Assembly: GCF_004010195.1 (NCBI RefSeq)
Contig: NC_057750.1
Span: 16,805,034-16,825,033 of the forward strand
Length of the DNA stretch: 20,000 nt
Direction of reading: 5' to 3'
Origin: Chiloscyllium plagiosum
Taxonomy: Eukaryota
In this document: positions 18,551 to 20,000 of the stretch, one piece after another
Numbering within the stretch: the stretch's first letter is position 1
How the letters are laid out: every line of letters starts with the position of its first letter
Notes under the pieces: model-generated
What the model saw: the letters and a program-made list of their open reading frames with translations, nothing else
Databases searched by the model: none
What the model was told of the DNA's origin: nothing
Program-made: the position numbers and the translations under genes

Positions 18551-20000
18551 CCATTCGCCCCTCCGCAGTATTAATTTACTCCATTCACCCCTCCGCAGTA
18601 TTAATTTACTCCATTCGCCCCTCCGCAGTATTAATTTACTCCATTTGCTCCTCCACAGTATTCATTTACTCCATTCACCCCTCCGCAGTATTAATTGACT
18701 CCATTCGCCCCTCCGCAGTATTAATTTACTCCATTTGCTCCTCCGCAGTATTAATTGACTCCATTCACCCCTCTGCAGTATTAATTTACTCCATTTGCTC
18801 CTCTGCAGTATTAATTTACTCCATTCGCCTCTCTGCAGTATTAATTTACACCATTCACCCCTCTGCAGTATTAATTTACTCCATTGACCCCTCTGCAGTA
18901 TTGATTTACTCCATTCGCCCCTTCGCAGTATTAATTTATACCATTCACACCTCCGCAGTATTAATTTACTCCATTGGCCCCACTGCAGTATTAATTTACA
19001 CAATTCACCCCTCTGCAGTATTAATTTACTCCATTGACCCCTCTGCAGTATTGATTTACTCCATTCGCCCCTTCGCAGTATTAATTTACTCCATTGACCC
19101 CTCTGCAGTATTGATTTACTCCATTCGCCCCTTCGCAGTATTAATTTATACCATTCACACCTCCGCAGTATTAATTTACTCCATTGACCTCTCTGCAGTA
19201 TTAATTTACACCATTCGCCCCTCTGCAGTATTAATTTACTCCATTCGCCCCTCTGCAGTATTAATTTACTCCATTCACCCCTCCACAGTATTAATTGACT
19301 CCATTTGCCCCTCCGCAGTATTAATTGACTCCATTCATCCCTCTGCAGTATTAATTTAATCCATTCACCCATCCACAGTATTAATTTACTCCATTCACCC
19401 CTCTGCAGTATTAATTTACTCCACTCACCCCTCCATAGTATTAATTTACTCCATTCACCCCTCCGCAGTATTAATTTACTCCATTCATCTCTCCGCAGCA
19501 TTAATTTACTCCATTCGCCCTTCCACAGTATTGATTTACTCCATTTGCCCCTCTGCAGTATTAATTTATTCCATTAACCCCTCCGCAGTGTTAAATTACT
19601 CCATTCACCCCTCTGCAGTATTAAATTACGCCATTTGCCCCTCTGCAGTATTAAAATATTCCACTCACTCCTCCACAGTATTAATTTACTCCATTCACCC
19701 CTCTGCAGTATTAATTGACTCCATTCGCCCCTCCGCAGTATTAATTTACTCCATTCAGCCCTCCACAGTATTAAATTACTCCATTCGCCCCTCCCCAGTA
19801 TTAATTGACTCCATTCGCCCCTCTGCAGTATTAATTTACTCCATTCGCCCCTTCGCAGTATTAATTTACTCCATTCACCCCTGTGCAGTATTAATTTACT
19901 CCATTCATCTCTCCGCAGCATTAATTTACTCCATTCGCCCTTCCACAGTATTGATTTACTCCATTTGCCCCACTGCAGTATTAATTTAATCCATTCACCC
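18551..20000. repeat. 30-bp minisatellite, ~48 units, continues past window end
   Basis: Consensus CCATTCACCCCTCTGCAGTATTAATTTACT in exact 30-bp register with substitutions only. Confidence 0.98.

Noticed and set aside
18499..19989. Long ORFs on both strands (IHPSAVLIYS and LILRRGEWSK repeats)
   Set aside because: They follow automatically from a 30-bp unit lacking stops in those frames. They are interrupted by sporadic stops and show no codon-position bias that I can see.
18551..20000. CRISPR-like periodicity
   Set aside because: Units are contiguous with no unique spacers, there are no cas genes, and the context is vertebrate.

Overview
Repeat-dominated vertebrate DNA, most likely an elasmobranch (shark), judged from HE1-type V-SINEs, CR1/HER1-type LINEs, DeuSINE remnants and abundant Penelope-like elements (PLEs). 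There is no recognisable intact protein-coding gene. The longer ORFs are decayed retroelement pieces (CR1 RT, PLE RT with YIDD, PLE GIY-YIG) or artefacts of simple repeats; a decayed Tx1-like 3' end is also present. The window also holds a 216-N assembly gap, a decayed tRNA-Arg(ACG)-like gene, a 30-bp minisatellite running off the right edge, and two weak candidate minus-strand exons. Four signals stand out. (1) Three separate near-identical locally templated insertions, 55-194 bp copies of DNA 0.3-6.6 kb away, each sitting at a break junction inside another repeat. (2) Minimal hammerhead-ribozyme motifs in two PLE terminal-repeat families that also occur as ~90-180 bp solo or palindromic inserts, two of them flanked by 14-16 bp direct repeats. 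(3) A 328-bp MITE with terminal inverted repeats, ~15-bp subterminal repeats and a 9-bp TSD. (4) A SINE head lying directly after the T-run of the decayed tRNA gene. Repeat family names come from recalled consensus features, not from database searches.
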